Origin: Candidatus Latescibacterota bacterium
GTDB lineage: Bacteria > Latescibacterota > UBA2968 > UBA8231
Direction of reading: 5' to 3'
Length of the DNA: 64,000 nucleotides
Assembly: GCA_965248355.1 (NCBI GenBank)
Contig: OZ252098.1
Location: forward strand, 800,001 to 864,000
The position numbers were made by a program, and so were the translations under genes. Of the stretch, positions 1 to 9,316 are shown one piece after another. Below the pieces are notes generated by a model. It ran no database searches, had not been told where the DNA came from, and saw only the letters and a program-made list of their open reading frames with translations. Within the stretch, counting starts at the first letter, position 1, and the number at the start of each line of letters is the position of its first letter.

Positions 1-2
1 GA

Positions 3-194
3 CTGCCCGCGCAGGTGCCGTACCGCACCCTGACGTTGGAAGCCGGCGTGCCGGCGGCCTGGTGCCGGGACCCGCGTATTGTGGTGGACGGGCGGGAGCT
101 GGCGGCGGAGGTGGTGCGGCCCGGCGTGCTGCGGGTGACGGCGCCGGTGCGGGACGGGACCGAGGTTGGGGTCAGGGTCAGGCCGCGCCCTTGA
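3..194 (+). CDS. 3' end of a hypothetical protein, truncated by the window edge (...LPAQVPYRTLTL...VRVRPRP*)
   Basis: Open frame from 3 to TGA at 192-194 with high-GC codon usage. Confidence 0.55.
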   Translation: MPAQVPYRTLTLEAGVPAAWCRDPRIVVDGRELAAEVVRPGVLRVTAPVRDGTEVGVRVRPRP

Positions 195-196
195 CA

Positions 197-225
197 TTGC
201 ATGCTATACGTCATTGGCGTATATT
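197..225 (+). promoter_or_regulatory. sigma70-like promoter (TTGCAT-17 bp-TATATT) overlapped by a palindromic operator TATACG-N7-CGTATA (205-223)
   Basis: Direct reading. The -10 box ends 6 nt before the toxin ATG at 232 and there is no Shine-Dalgarno, consistent with a leaderless mRNA. Confidence 0.65.
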
Positions 226-231
226 GGGGCC

Positions 232-549
232 ATGCTCTTCGTCGAAACACCAATCTTCACAAAGGAGATTGTGACCCTGTTATCCGATGAGGACTACCGG
301 GCAATACAGTTGGCCATTTTACTCCGCCCAGAATCAGGAAAGACAATTCAAGGTACGGGTGGGTTGCGAAAACTCAGGTGGAAATTCCCTCGTGGTGGCA
401 AGCGGGGCGGTCTTCGTGTTGTCTACTACTGGGACCCGCCGGACGATGTCCTTTACATGCTATGGGTATATCGCAAGAGCCGGCAGGAAGATCTCACGCC
501 TCGCCAGTGCAAGTTGCTTGGCAAACTCGTAAAGGAGTATCTCGCATGA
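232..549 (+). CDS. higB: RelE/HigB-family type II toxin
   Basis: MLFVETPIF...GTGGLRKLRW...GKRGGLRVVYYW...Y.KS.QEDL motifs; toxin-first gene order. Confidence 0.85.
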   Translation: MLFVETPIFTKEIVTLLSDEDYRAIQLAILLRPESGKTIQGTGGLRKLRWKFPRGGKRGGLRVVYYWDPPDDVLYMLWVYRKSRQEDLTPRQCKLLGKLVKEYLA

Positions 550-836
550 ACGAGCGCGACTTTGACCAACTCGTAGCCAGCGTCAAGCAAGCCGGAGCGA
601 TCAAGCGCGGTGAGTTGAAGCCAGGGCGAATGACTCAGATGGATCCCGAGGATATCCGGATGATCCGGAGGAGACTGAATAAGTCGCAATCAGAATTTGC
701 CCTGATGATTGGCGTCAGCGTCTCTACTCTGCAGAATTGGGAGCAGGGACGGCGGCGCCCCGAGGGTCCTGCTCGGGCTCTGCTAAAGATTGCTTCGGAA
801 AACCCCGAGACCGTGGCACGGTCGTTAGGCGCTTGA
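546..836 (+). CDS. higA: HigA/NadS-like XRE HTH antitoxin
   Basis: IRRRLNKSQSEFALMIGVSVSTLQNWEQGRRRPEGPARALL HTH; ATGA overlap with the toxin stop. Confidence 0.85.
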   Translation: MNERDFDQLVASVKQAGAIKRGELKPGRMTQMDPEDIRMIRRRLNKSQSEFALMIGVSVSTLQNWEQGRRRPEGPARALLKIASENPETVARSLGA

Positions 837-896
837 GCAACCCCTCACCCCCCTGACTTCAGGCCAGTCCGCTTCCCACTGTCGCTTCTGGTCCAC

Positions 897-1532
897 TTGG
901 CGCTCATGGTTCGGCATAGCACGACACAGGACGAGGAAGTCTTGACAGCTTCCGAGTACGACAAGGCAGGGGATTTCTATCTGAACTGGCTGGACCGGAA
1001 TGTTCCGGACAGGGATCGGGGAATCCAGTCCTCGGTAGAGATCATGCTGGCCATGCTGGACGATGTCCAAGGGATCAGGGTATGCGACCTGGGATGCGGT
1101 GAAGGGTATCTGTCTCGCATCCTGGCCAGTCGAGGGGCTCTCGTCACGGGTGTTGACATTTCGCGGATACTGCTGCGGCATGCGAAGGAGCATTCTGACG
1201 ATCACGGCATCAGGTATGTCCTGGACGATGCGTCTTCTCTCCCTTCAATGGAGAGAATCCCAAGGAGGATCTCGACGAGGAGGGGAACTTCAAGGCCTTG
1301 CGTGTTTCACGATATGGCCATGAAGGCAAGTGGTACTCCGATGGAAGCGGGATGTGCGGAACCCTTGGCAGCCACCACCGAACGCTCTCGACCTACTTCA
1401 ATACCTTGATCCGAAGCGGATTCCAACTTTCCGAGATCTCCGAACCGCTTGAGGATTCTGCAGCAGACCCGGCGGAGAGGCGTCGAGAGAGCATCGTGCC
1501 GACCCTCCTGATCGCCAAGGCGATCGCCCTGC
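897..1532 (+). pseudogene. class I SAM-dependent methyltransferase with an internal deletion/frameshift near 1240-1250; its last codons are displaced by IS256 (original stop at 2985-2987)
   Basis: DLGCGEG motif I and VTGVDIS in one frame; C-terminal HHRTLSTYFNTLIRSGF...EP in another frame; the central strands appear to be missing. Confidence 0.7.
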
Positions 1533-2956
1533 GGCATTGTCCCGATCTTAGTTGAAATAGCACAGGCTCCCATCGTTACGTTTGATACGAGAAATCCCCA
1601 AGAAGCCTCGTATCGGTAACCCAAGGAGCCTGCCATGAGCAAGCTACAAGCACGGAAAAGGGGCGTCAAACGGACCGTGGCCATCGGCCCCGTGAACCGC
1701 CAAGCCACCGCGTCGATGGACGATCTGGAGACTCGCATCGAGGTCATCCAGCTGCTGATCCCTTTGGGTCTGCAGGCGGTCTCGGAGGAGCTGCAGCAGT
1801 CGGTCGAGGCCTTGGCCGGACCTCGGTATCAGCGCAAGGGTCCGGATCAGGCGTTGCGCCGCTGGGGGGCGCAGGCCGGGTCGGTGTACCTGGGCGATCA
1901 GAAACTGCCGGTCGAGGTGCCGCGCGTGCGCGATGTGGTCCGCGGCACCGAGGTCCCGCTGGAGGCCTACCAGGCCCTGCAGACGCCGAGGCAGATGGAT
2001 CAGGGGCTGTTGTTGCGGGTGCTGAAGGGCTTGGCCACGCGCAACTACGAGGCCTGCGCCGAGACCGTCCCGCAAGCCTTCGGTCTGTCCCGTTCCTCGG
2101 TCTCTCGCCGGTACGTGAAAGGCACGGCGCGCAAGCTGGCCGAATTCCAGCAGCGATCCTTGGAAGGCTACGACCTGGTGGCGCTGTTTCTGGACGGCAA
2201 GAGCTTCGCCGACGAGGAGATCCTCATCGCCCTGGGTGTGACTCTGGAGGGCCAGAAGGTGCCCTTGGGCTTCGTGCAGGCGGCCACCGAGAACGAGCGC
2301 GTCTGTCGCCGCTTCCTGGCGGAGCTGGTCGAGCGGGGCCTGCAATACGAAGCCGGGCTGCTCGTGGTGATCGATGGAGGCAAGGGCCTGTACAAGGCGG
2401 TGCGGTCGGTGCTTCAAGGCCATGCCTGCGTGCAGCGATGCCAGTATCACAAGCGCCAGAACGTGGTCTCGTACCTGCCCAAGAGCGAGCAGGCCGGCGT
2501 TCGTCGAAAGCTGGAAGCGGCGTATGGGCACTCGACGTACGAGGAGGCCCAAGCCGCCCTGGAGGCGCTGAAACCGGGGTTGCAGTTGATGAACCAGTCG
2601 GCCCTGCGCAGCTTGGAGGAAGGCCAGCAAGAAACCCTCACGCTCCACCGCCTGGGCCTGATGCCGATGCTGAAGGCCTCCTTCCGTACCACCAACTGTA
2701 TCGAGAACGTCAACAGTCTCCTGGAGCAGTTGACGCACAACGTGCGGCGCTGGACCAACTCGTCGCAGCGTCACCGCTGGGTCGCCACGGCGTTGCTTGA
2801 CATCGAACCTCGCCTCCGCCGGGTCAACGGCTACCACCACCTGCCGATGCTCCGGCAAGCGCTCCAAGCCGAGCTCGGCATCCAGCAGCTCGCGATGACG
2901 GGCTGACTCATCCACTCGAGCCTGGGCTACGTTTCAACTGAGAATGGGACTTGCCC
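1533..2956 (+). mobile_element. IS256-family insertion sequence, copy 1 (1424 bp), 8-bp target duplication CGCCCTGC at 1525-1532 and 2957-2964
   Basis: Imperfect terminal IRs GGCATTGTCCCGATCTTAGTTGAAA / GGGCAAGTCCCATTCTCAGTTGAAA; ends defined by comparison with copy 2. Confidence 0.92.
1635..2906 (+). CDS. IS256 (mutator-family) DDE transposase
   Basis: LFLDG, VIDGGKGL, QRCQYHK (CxxH) and RTTNCIE motifs. Confidence 0.92.
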   Translation: MSKLQARKRGVKRTVAIGPVNRQATASMDDLETRIEVIQLLIPLGLQAVSEELQQSVEALAGPRYQRKGPDQALRRWGAQAGSVYLGDQKLPVEVPRVRDVVRGTEVPLEAYQALQTPRQMDQGLLLRVLKGLATRNYEACAETVPQAFGLSRSSVSRRYVKGTARKLAEFQQRSLEGYDLVALFLDGKSFADEEILIALGVTLEGQKVPLGFVQAATENERVCRRFLAELVERGLQYEAGLLVVIDGGKGLYKAVRSVLQGHACVQRCQYHKRQNVVSYLPKSEQAGVRRKLEAAYGHSTYEEAQAALEALKPGLQLMNQSALRSLEEGQQETLTLHRLGLMPMLKASFRTTNCIENVNSLLEQLTHNVRRWTNSSQRHRWVATALLDIEPRLRRVNGYHHLPMLRQALQAELGIQQLAMTG

Positions 2957-3022
2957 CGCCCTGCCTATTCGCCCGGATCTCCCCTGACACGTCCACCTGT
3001 CCCGCGTACCCGCAGAGCGGAC

Positions 3023-3070
3023 CTCAGCGTGGCCGCAGGATGGCAGCGGAGCCGGCGGGACACGTCGAAG
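3023..3070 (-). repeat. degenerate duplicate of the 3' end of the gene at 4760-7282 (imperfect direct repeat of 4759-4805)
   Basis: CTCAGCGTGG(C/G)CGCAGGATGGCA is 22/23 identical and similarity continues to TCGAAG; both copies encode ...AILRPR*. Confidence 0.6.
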
Positions 3071-3154
3071 TGTCCGACTCTGAACCGTTGTTGATCCGCC
3101 AGGCCGGGGCCGTGCAGGGCTGGCTCATCGACCACTGTCACTCGCCGGGAGGAG

Positions 3155-3742
3155 TCATGGCTTGCGCGCCAGGAGCTGTACCACTGCTTCACGCCTTCCG
3201 TCTTCGAGCTTGGTCACCTTTTCGGCGAACCGCAGCAGCTCCCAGCCGGCAAAGGCCAGCCGCAATTCCTGGGGGTCGGCGAGGTGGTCGGGATTGCCGG
3301 GGCCCCATCCGAATCCCGCCTGCGCCTTGGCATAGGTCTGAAACAGGAAGTGGCCGCCGCTCTTGAGCGCCGACCTGACACGGGGGAAGAGCGCCGGCTC
3401 GTGAAAGTAGAGGTTCGTCACCAGATCCCAGTTCTCGACGCCGGCATCGAAGGACAGCACGTCGGATGCAATCGTCTCAACCTCGACACGGCGCTCGGCT
3501 GCCAGCCGCCGGCACCACGCCATTGCGGCTGGAGCGATGTCCACGGCTGTCACCGCGAAACCGAGCTCCGCCAGGAAAACGGCGTTCCTGCCGGCTCCAG
3601 CGGCCAGACACAAGGCGCGGCCCGGTTTCAGTTCCCTCGCTTCCGTCGCGAGAAACGGCACCGGCTCGCGGTTCGGCTCGAAATCGCCGGCGCGGTAGCG
3701 GGATTCCCACTTCTCCTTGGGAGATACTGGCGGCTGTGCCAT
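3155..3742 (-). CDS. class I SAM-dependent methyltransferase (TehB-like)
   Basis: KWESRY...PGRALCLAAGAGRNAVFLAELGFAVTAVD...LKSGG. Confidence 0.85.
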   Translation of the reverse strand: MAQPPVSPKEKWESRYRAGDFEPNREPVPFLATEARELKPGRALCLAAGAGRNAVFLAELGFAVTAVDIAPAAMAWCRRLAAERRVEVETIASDVLSFDAGVENWDLVTNLYFHEPALFPRVRSALKSGGHFLFQTYAKAQAGFGWGPGNPDHLADPQELRLAFAGWELLRFAEKVTKLEDGRREAVVQLLARKP

Positions 3743-3759
3743 CTTGTGACGCCCGGTTC

Positions 3760-4707
3760 CTACTTTCGGTCTCCGGCGCCGTATCCCCCGTCGAAGAACG
3801 TCTTCAGGCCAGGGTGCTCCTGGATGTAGCTCTTCAACTCCAGGACGATGTTCTCCTGAAGCTGGATGCTGTGGCCGCCGTCGACCGGCAACACCACGCC
3901 GGTGATGAAGGCGGCTTCTTCCGAGCACAGAAACGAGACCGCGTTGCCGATGTCTTCCGGCACCCCCGTGCGCCTCACCGGGTACTGCAACTCGAGAAGC
4001 CGGAACCCGGCTTCGTTGGCCACGTCCGACCACAGCTTCTCCAGGCCCTCCGTCACGATATGGCCCGGAGCGACGGCATTCACCGTGATCCCCAGCGGCC
4101 CGAAGTCGATCGCCATCTGGCGCGTGAGACCGATGACCGCCGCCTTCCCGGATTCGTAGACCATGGTCCCGGCCGCCTGCAGCAGCCCGTGCACGGAGGA
4201 GATGTTGACGATGCGGCCGACCTCCATGGCCGGCGGCGAGCCGTGGCGCAGGCCGCGGCCCTCCCACGGCCCGGGATCGAACCCCTGCGGCGGTCCTGAC
4301 TCGGTCATGGCCGGCACCCCGTACTTGGCGCCGAGGAAGTGGGCCATCACCAGCAGATCCATCCCCTTCCGCCAGGATTCGACGTCCACTTCCAGGGCGC
4401 TGCCGTCCGAATAGCCGATGACCCCGAAGGCGTTCTGAACGAGGATGTCGAGGCGCCCGTACTCTTCGACAGCGCGTGCGACCATCTCTTTGGCGACCTC
4501 TTCCTTCGACACGTCGCCGAGAATGGAGGAGGCCCGTCCTCCCCCATCCCGGATCCGTTCGGCGCTGGCAGCCGCCCCGTCCTCGTCGATGTCGACGATG
4601 AGGACCGCCGAGCCGTCGGCGGCCAGCTTGCGGGCGATGCCGGCGCCGATTCCGGTGGCGCCGCCCGTTACGATGGCGACCTTGCCGTGCAGTTTCGTCC
4701 GATCCAT
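3760..4707 (-). CDS. short-chain dehydrogenase/reductase (SDR)
   Basis: TGGATGIG, NISS, YESGK (YxxxK), NAVAPG and VDGG motifs. Confidence 0.9.
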   Translation of the reverse strand: MDRTKLHGKVAIVTGGATGIGAGIARKLAADGSAVLIVDIDEDGAAASAERIRDGGGRASSILGDVSKEEVAKEMVARAVEEYGRLDILVQNAFGVIGYSDGSALEVDVESWRKGMDLLVMAHFLGAKYGVPAMTESGPPQGFDPGPWEGRGLRHGSPPAMEVGRIVNISSVHGLLQAAGTMVYESGKAAVIGLTRQMAIDFGPLGITVNAVAPGHIVTEGLEKLWSDVANEAGFRLLELQYPVRRTGVPEDIGNAVSFLCSEEAAFITGVVLPVDGGHSIQLQENIVLELKSYIQEHPGLKTFFDGGYGAGDRK

Positions 4708-4759
4708 GCGTTTGCCTCCTGGCGACGAAGCGGAGCGCTGTAGAGTGCCGCGCCGAATC

Positions 4760-7282
4760 TCAGCGTGGGCGCAGGATGGCACCGCCCCGGCGGACCACCT
4801 CGAAGGCAAGCTCCCTGCCGCCGGCGCGCAGCCGGAACCCGTCCTCCTCATTGATCACTCGCGCCTTCGCCGAGCGGCTGCAAATGGCGAGGACGAGGAC
4901 GTCGTCGGCCGTGCCCGCCACCAGCCGGGTCGACGCCTCGGCGGCATCCGGGAGAAAGCTCACGAGGCTGCCCGCGGCGAGCCCGGAGGGCGCGAAGGGC
5001 ACCTCCTCCGTCCGCAGTTGCAGGCCCTGCCCGAAAGCCGCGATCACCTCCACCGCCCGAGCCCCCGCACCGAGACGAGCGCGATTCCTGCTCGCACCGC
5101 GCAGCTCCACCGGGTTCAGCTTGCAGGCCAGCTCGCCGCCGCCCGTCTCCGGTCCCGCGCCATGGGCAGGATCCACCGTGAGCCGCCGGCGCCCTGGACA
5201 ACTCAGATCGACAAGGGCCAGATCGCACGCCCCTGAGACGCCGGGTGTCTGCAGGGCACCGCCGAAAGCCAGGGAGGTCTGGGGCCGCACGTAGAAGGTG
5301 CGCGGCTCCTCTCGCGAGGCGAGTCCCTGGGAGTCGCGGCCCGTCTCGCCGAAGGTGGCCGGGTCCTCCTGCCGCCTCGCCTCGCCGTCCAGGGCCGTCT
5401 CCATCCACGGCCGGCCCGCGCGCCGGTTGAAGCCGCCCCAGCCGATCTCGACCTCGTGCCAGGCCCCGAGGCTCACCCGCCCCGGCGCGGCGACGGTCAC
5501 CTCGTGGTTGCGCTGGCTTTGCACGGTGAAGCGCAACCGGCCGTCGGCCTCGACGATCAAGGCGAAGGTGTTGACCCCCGTGCCGCCGATCCCGCCGGCG
5601 CCGTGGCCGGTGTTGAACAAGACCCTTGGACCGCCGTGGCGCCCCCGAAGCCGGAAGCGCATGCGCAGGCGTCCGCCGTCGGCGCGGAACCAGGGGTCTG
5701 CCTCGCATTGCATGGCGTCCCCTCCGCGCAGCCGGAGCAGGGGCACGCCGGCGTTCCCGACCCGCTGCAGCCCCCGCGGCCGCCGCCGCAGGGCCACGAG
5801 CAGGACCGGGTGCTCCCCGGGCAAGAGCCAGTACTCCTGCTCGGTGCGCCGGCCGGCGACGCGCAGCCGCTGCCAGGGCCCCGCGCTCTCCAGACCGCCG
5901 GGCACGCCAACGATCTCGTTCTGGCCGCCCACGCAGGGCAGGCTGCCGCAACTCACGGGCTGGGCCTCGGCGGCGCTGATCGTGCGCAGCACGGGATGGC
6001 CCGCCCACTGCACGTGCAGGTCCATGAAGCCGTGGGCCACGCCGCCGTCGTAGCCGCTGACGCAGAGGATCGCCGCCTCGGGTCCGTGGCCGCTGCGCAT
6101 CACGGCGGAGCGGCCGGCCCGAGCCGAGAGCCGGCGCGCCAGTGGTGCCGCCCGGCGCGGTCTGGAGGGACGGAAGGCGGGGTCGCAATAGCAGTAGGCG
6201 TAGGGCCCATAGGAGATCATGCACTCCGCCGTCGATCCCTTGACGCCGGCGCCGAAGCGGTAGAGCCGCCCCAGGCGCGGGTCGGCGAGGGCGGCGTCGC
6301 GCAGCGCTTCGTCGCCGGCCTCCTGGGCCAGCCGCAGCAGGGCGGGGGAGCAGGCGTTGAGCTGGGTGCCGAGGAGCACGTTGGCGTTGGCGGGATAGTA
6401 GAGCTGGTCCGGGATCTTGCGGGGCGCCGCCCAGTGGGCGCGGAACCAGGTCAGGGGCCGCCGGAACCGCGCCGGGACCTCGCGGGTGAGGTCGATGCCG
6501 GTGACGTTGCGCAGGGCGTCGGCGAACTGCAGGAGCCACAGGTTCTCCCAGGGCCAGAAGGAGGGCCCGTCCACCGGCTCGCCGGCGGGGCCGCAGCCGT
6601 GGGGGAGGATGGCGGCGCGGAAGCGGTCGATGACCGCCTGCACCCAGACCGCCGCCTTGGGGTGCTCGCCCAGCAGGTGGAGGGCGGCCACCCCGAAGTG
6701 CCCGTTGTCGACGACGGCGTGGTGCCCGCCTTCCTCCGAGTGGCGCTGCCCGTCCACATCCGGCCACCAGCGTTCCAGCATCCGCACGAGACAGCCGCGG
6801 GCCCGGCGCTTCTCCGCGGCTGGCAGCTCGCCGTCCAGCAGGTCGAGGGCCAGGGCGAAGGCCTGCATGTAGCGGTTGGCCGTGTAGAAGTGTTCCTCCA
6901 CGGCGTCGTCGTGGTCCCAGCCGGCGGCCGCCCGCAGCCAGGCGCGGGCCCGGCCGAGCCAGCGCCGATCCCCCGTCATCCGCCAGGCGAAGGCGTAGTT
7001 CTCGATCAGGGCGGTGGCCTGCATGGCCGTGTAGAAGGTCAGGTAGAGCTGGTGGTAGGGATGGGGGCTGTGCGGCCGCCGCGGAATGCGCCGCCACGGC
7101 CGCCGGCGGGCGTACAGCTCGCAGTCGGCGAGCAGATTCGCGAGGATGCGCCGGCGCACGGCGTCGGCCGGCGGTTGGAAGCGGAAGCCGGGATCGTCGA
7201 AGGGCCGCAGCAGCCGGGGCCGTTCGCGGCGGATCACCGGGATTTGGGGCGGCTCCGCGGAGGCGGTCGGCGGTGCGGGCAT
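4760..7282 (-). CDS. large hypothetical protein with a heparinase II/III-like (DUF4962-type) helical N-terminal region and a LamG-like beta region
   Basis: AFAWRMTGDRRWL..AR.WL and G.PVDGPSFW patterns; later FNT..G..GVNTF...GRLRF...WHEVEIGW beta-sandwich pattern; start overlaps the GNAT stop. Confidence 0.5.
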   Translation of the reverse strand: MPAPPTASAEPPQIPVIRRERPRLLRPFDDPGFRFQPPADAVRRRILANLLADCELYARRRPWRRIPRRPHSPHPYHQLYLTFYTAMQATALIENYAFAWRMTGDRRWLGRARAWLRAAAGWDHDDAVEEHFYTANRYMQAFALALDLLDGELPAAEKRRARGCLVRMLERWWPDVDGQRHSEEGGHHAVVDNGHFGVAALHLLGEHPKAAVWVQAVIDRFRAAILPHGCGPAGEPVDGPSFWPWENLWLLQFADALRNVTGIDLTREVPARFRRPLTWFRAHWAAPRKIPDQLYYPANANVLLGTQLNACSPALLRLAQEAGDEALRDAALADPRLGRLYRFGAGVKGSTAECMISYGPYAYCYCDPAFRPSRPRRAAPLARRLSARAGRSAVMRSGHGPEAAILCVSGYDGGVAHGFMDLHVQWAGHPVLRTISAAEAQPVSCGSLPCVGGQNEIVGVPGGLESAGPWQRLRVAGRRTEQEYWLLPGEHPVLLVALRRRPRGLQRVGNAGVPLLRLRGGDAMQCEADPWFRADGGRLRMRFRLRGRHGGPRVLFNTGHGAGGIGGTGVNTFALIVEADGRLRFTVQSQRNHEVTVAAPGRVSLGAWHEVEIGWGGFNRRAGRPWMETALDGEARRQEDPATFGETGRDSQGLASREEPRTFYVRPQTSLAFGGALQTPGVSGACDLALVDLSCPGRRRLTVDPAHGAGPETGGGELACKLNPVELRGASRNRARLGAGARAVEVIAAFGQGLQLRTEEVPFAPSGLAAGSLVSFLPDAAEASTRLVAGTADDVLVLAICSRSAKARVINEEDGFRLRAGGRELAFEVVRRGGAILRPR

Positions 7283-8370
7283 CAGAAGTGGTCGGACGCC
7301 CAGAAGATGACCTCGCGGCGGGGGAACCACTCCTCGAGCTGGCGGACCTCCCCGGCCTCCAGCGGAACCCCGCGGGCGCGGAGGACGGGTTCCAGGTCGC
7401 GGCCGGAGGACTCGCCGAAGAGGAGCCGGCAGATCAGGTCCTCGGGCAGCCGGCGCACCCACTCCGCCGCTTCCGGCGCGGCCCTGGCGATCAGGGCGTC
7501 CAGGTGCAGGGGCAGGACCATCATCGAGCTGCTTCCGCTGAGCCGCAGATCGGCGTTGGTCGCCCGCACCAGGGCGTCGACGAAGGGATGGCCGTGGGGG
7601 ATCTCGCCCTGGATCCGGGTCAACTGCGCCGCGCACTCATCGAGCAGGTAACGGACGAGAGCCTCCAGGGCGGGACCGCTGTCCCAGGCGACTTCGCTGA
7701 CCCAGGCGCCGTCCTCGTCCGACTCCCAGTTGATGTACCCGCCGAGCCGGGCCCCATCGCGGACGACCGCGGTGGGCAGCACGCCCCGCACGCGGGAGGG
7801 GGTGTAGTCCCAGTAGGGGCGGGGCCGCAGCAGGGTGCCGCTGCGGCCGGCGTTGTGGCGCTGATAGAGGGCCGCCGTCTCCTCCAGGTCCCGGCTCTCG
7901 TCGAAGGGTTGCACCTCGAGGGAGGGCCGCCCCGGCGCCGGAGACTCGTGCAGTTCGGCGCGGAATCCCATGAGGGATACGCAGGACCACCCGATGCGCC
8001 GGTAGAAGCGCTCCGGGATCGCCGAGAACAGCAGGCCCAGATCGTAGCCGTCGTCGCGCATGTGCGCGGCCGTGTGAGTCATGAGCCGCGTCGCCAGGCC
8101 GCGCCGCCGGTGGTCGGGATGGGTGGTGACGCCGCCGATGCCGCCCATGCGCACCGGCGTGGAGCCGAGGTGGACGTGCCGGTCCCAGATGCGCAGGGCC
8201 GACACCAGGCGACCATCGAGGTCGACGACCTGGGTGTGCGACGGGCGCCAGGTGGGATCGCCTTCGATGTAGCCCCGGTAGCGCTCGTGGCCTCGGGGGT
8301 TGTGGGAGGTGCAGAGGAGGTCGATGAGCTCGTCGAGCTCGGATTCGCGGAGGGGGCGGATGGTCTCCAT
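7282..8370 (-). CDS. GNAT-family N-acetyltransferase (Eis-like)
   Basis: GGIGGVTTHPDHRRRGLATRLM acetyl-CoA motif A and FYRRIGW. Confidence 0.85.
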   Translation of the reverse strand: METIRPLRESELDELIDLLCTSHNPRGHERYRGYIEGDPTWRPSHTQVVDLDGRLVSALRIWDRHVHLGSTPVRMGGIGGVTTHPDHRRRGLATRLMTHTAAHMRDDGYDLGLLFSAIPERFYRRIGWSCVSLMGFRAELHESPAPGRPSLEVQPFDESRDLEETAALYQRHNAGRSGTLLRPRPYWDYTPSRVRGVLPTAVVRDGARLGGYINWESDEDGAWVSEVAWDSGPALEALVRYLLDECAAQLTRIQGEIPHGHPFVDALVRATNADLRLSGSSSMMVLPLHLDALIARAAPEAAEWVRRLPEDLICRLLFGESSGRDLEPVLRARGVPLEAGEVRQLEEWFPRREVIFWASDHF

Positions 8371-8493
8371 GGAATCAGGCAGGGGAGGCGCGGACCAGGG
8401 CGCCGCGGTGTTCGCCGCGGGGGAGCGTGGCCCTCGGGGGGCGGTTGCCCCTGGGCGTGGGATGTATCAAGCTCATGGGAGGAGACAAGATAG

Positions 8494-9279
8494 ATGCCCA
8501 TGCGTGAAGGTGACGACCAGGCCATGACCCTGTCGGACACGACGGCCCTGGTGACGGGCGGAGGCAGGGGCATCGGCCGGGCCGTGGCCGAGGCCCTGGC
8601 GGCGGCCGGCGCCGCCGTGGTGGTGAACTACCTGGCCGACGAGGCCGCGGCGAGCCGGACGGTGGCCGGCATCCGGGCCTCCGGAGGGCGGGCCTGGGCC
8701 GTGCAGGCGGACGTGGCGGACCCGGGTCAGGTGGAGGCCCTGTTCGCCCAGGCGGGGCGGCACCTCGGCGACCGTCTCGACATCCTGGTGAACAACGCCG
8801 GCGGCCCGGGGACGCGCCGGACGGTCGGGGAGATGACCCTGGAGGAGTGGCGGCGCTGCCTGGCCGTGAACCTCGACGGCGTCTTCCTGTGCACCCGGGC
8901 GGCCCTGCCGCTGCTGGCCGACGGCCGCGGGCGCATCGTCAACGTCACCTCCATCTCGGCGCGCACGGGCGGCCCTCCGGGCGCCGGCCACTATGCCGCC
9001 GCCAAGGGCGGGGTCAGCAACTTCACGCGGACCTGCGCCAAGGAGCTGGCGCCGCGGGGCATCACCGTCAACGGCGTCGCCCCGGGCGTGATCGACACCG
9101 ACCTGCACCGGCGGGGCACGTCTGCGGAGGAGCTGGCGGCGGTGACCGCCCAGGTCCCCCTCGAGCGCCTCGGCACGTCCGAGGAGGTCGCCGCCGCGGT
9201 GGTCTTCCTCTGCGGCGAGGAGGCCCGCTACATCACCGGCGAGATCCTCGAGGTCAACGGCGGCCTGCGCATGGACTGA
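8494..9279 (+). CDS. SDR-family oxidoreductase (FabG-like)
   Basis: TGGGRGIG, NNAG and YAAAK motifs; GGAGGAG RBS. Confidence 0.9.
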   Translation: MPMREGDDQAMTLSDTTALVTGGGRGIGRAVAEALAAAGAAVVVNYLADEAAASRTVAGIRASGGRAWAVQADVADPGQVEALFAQAGRHLGDRLDILVNNAGGPGTRRTVGEMTLEEWRRCLAVNLDGVFLCTRAALPLLADGRGRIVNVTSISARTGGPPGAGHYAAAKGGVSNFTRTCAKELAPRGITVNGVAPGVIDTDLHRRGTSAEELAAVTAQVPLERLGTSEEVAAAVVFLCGEEARYITGEILEVNGGLRMD

Positions 9280-9316
9280 GGCCGAGCCGCTGCGGCCCGG
9301 CTGACGAGCACGAGGA

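Noticed and set aside
191..196. TTGACA as the higBA -35 box
   Set aside because: Its spacing to TATATT is 23 bp; TTGCAT at 197-202 gives the canonical 17 bp.
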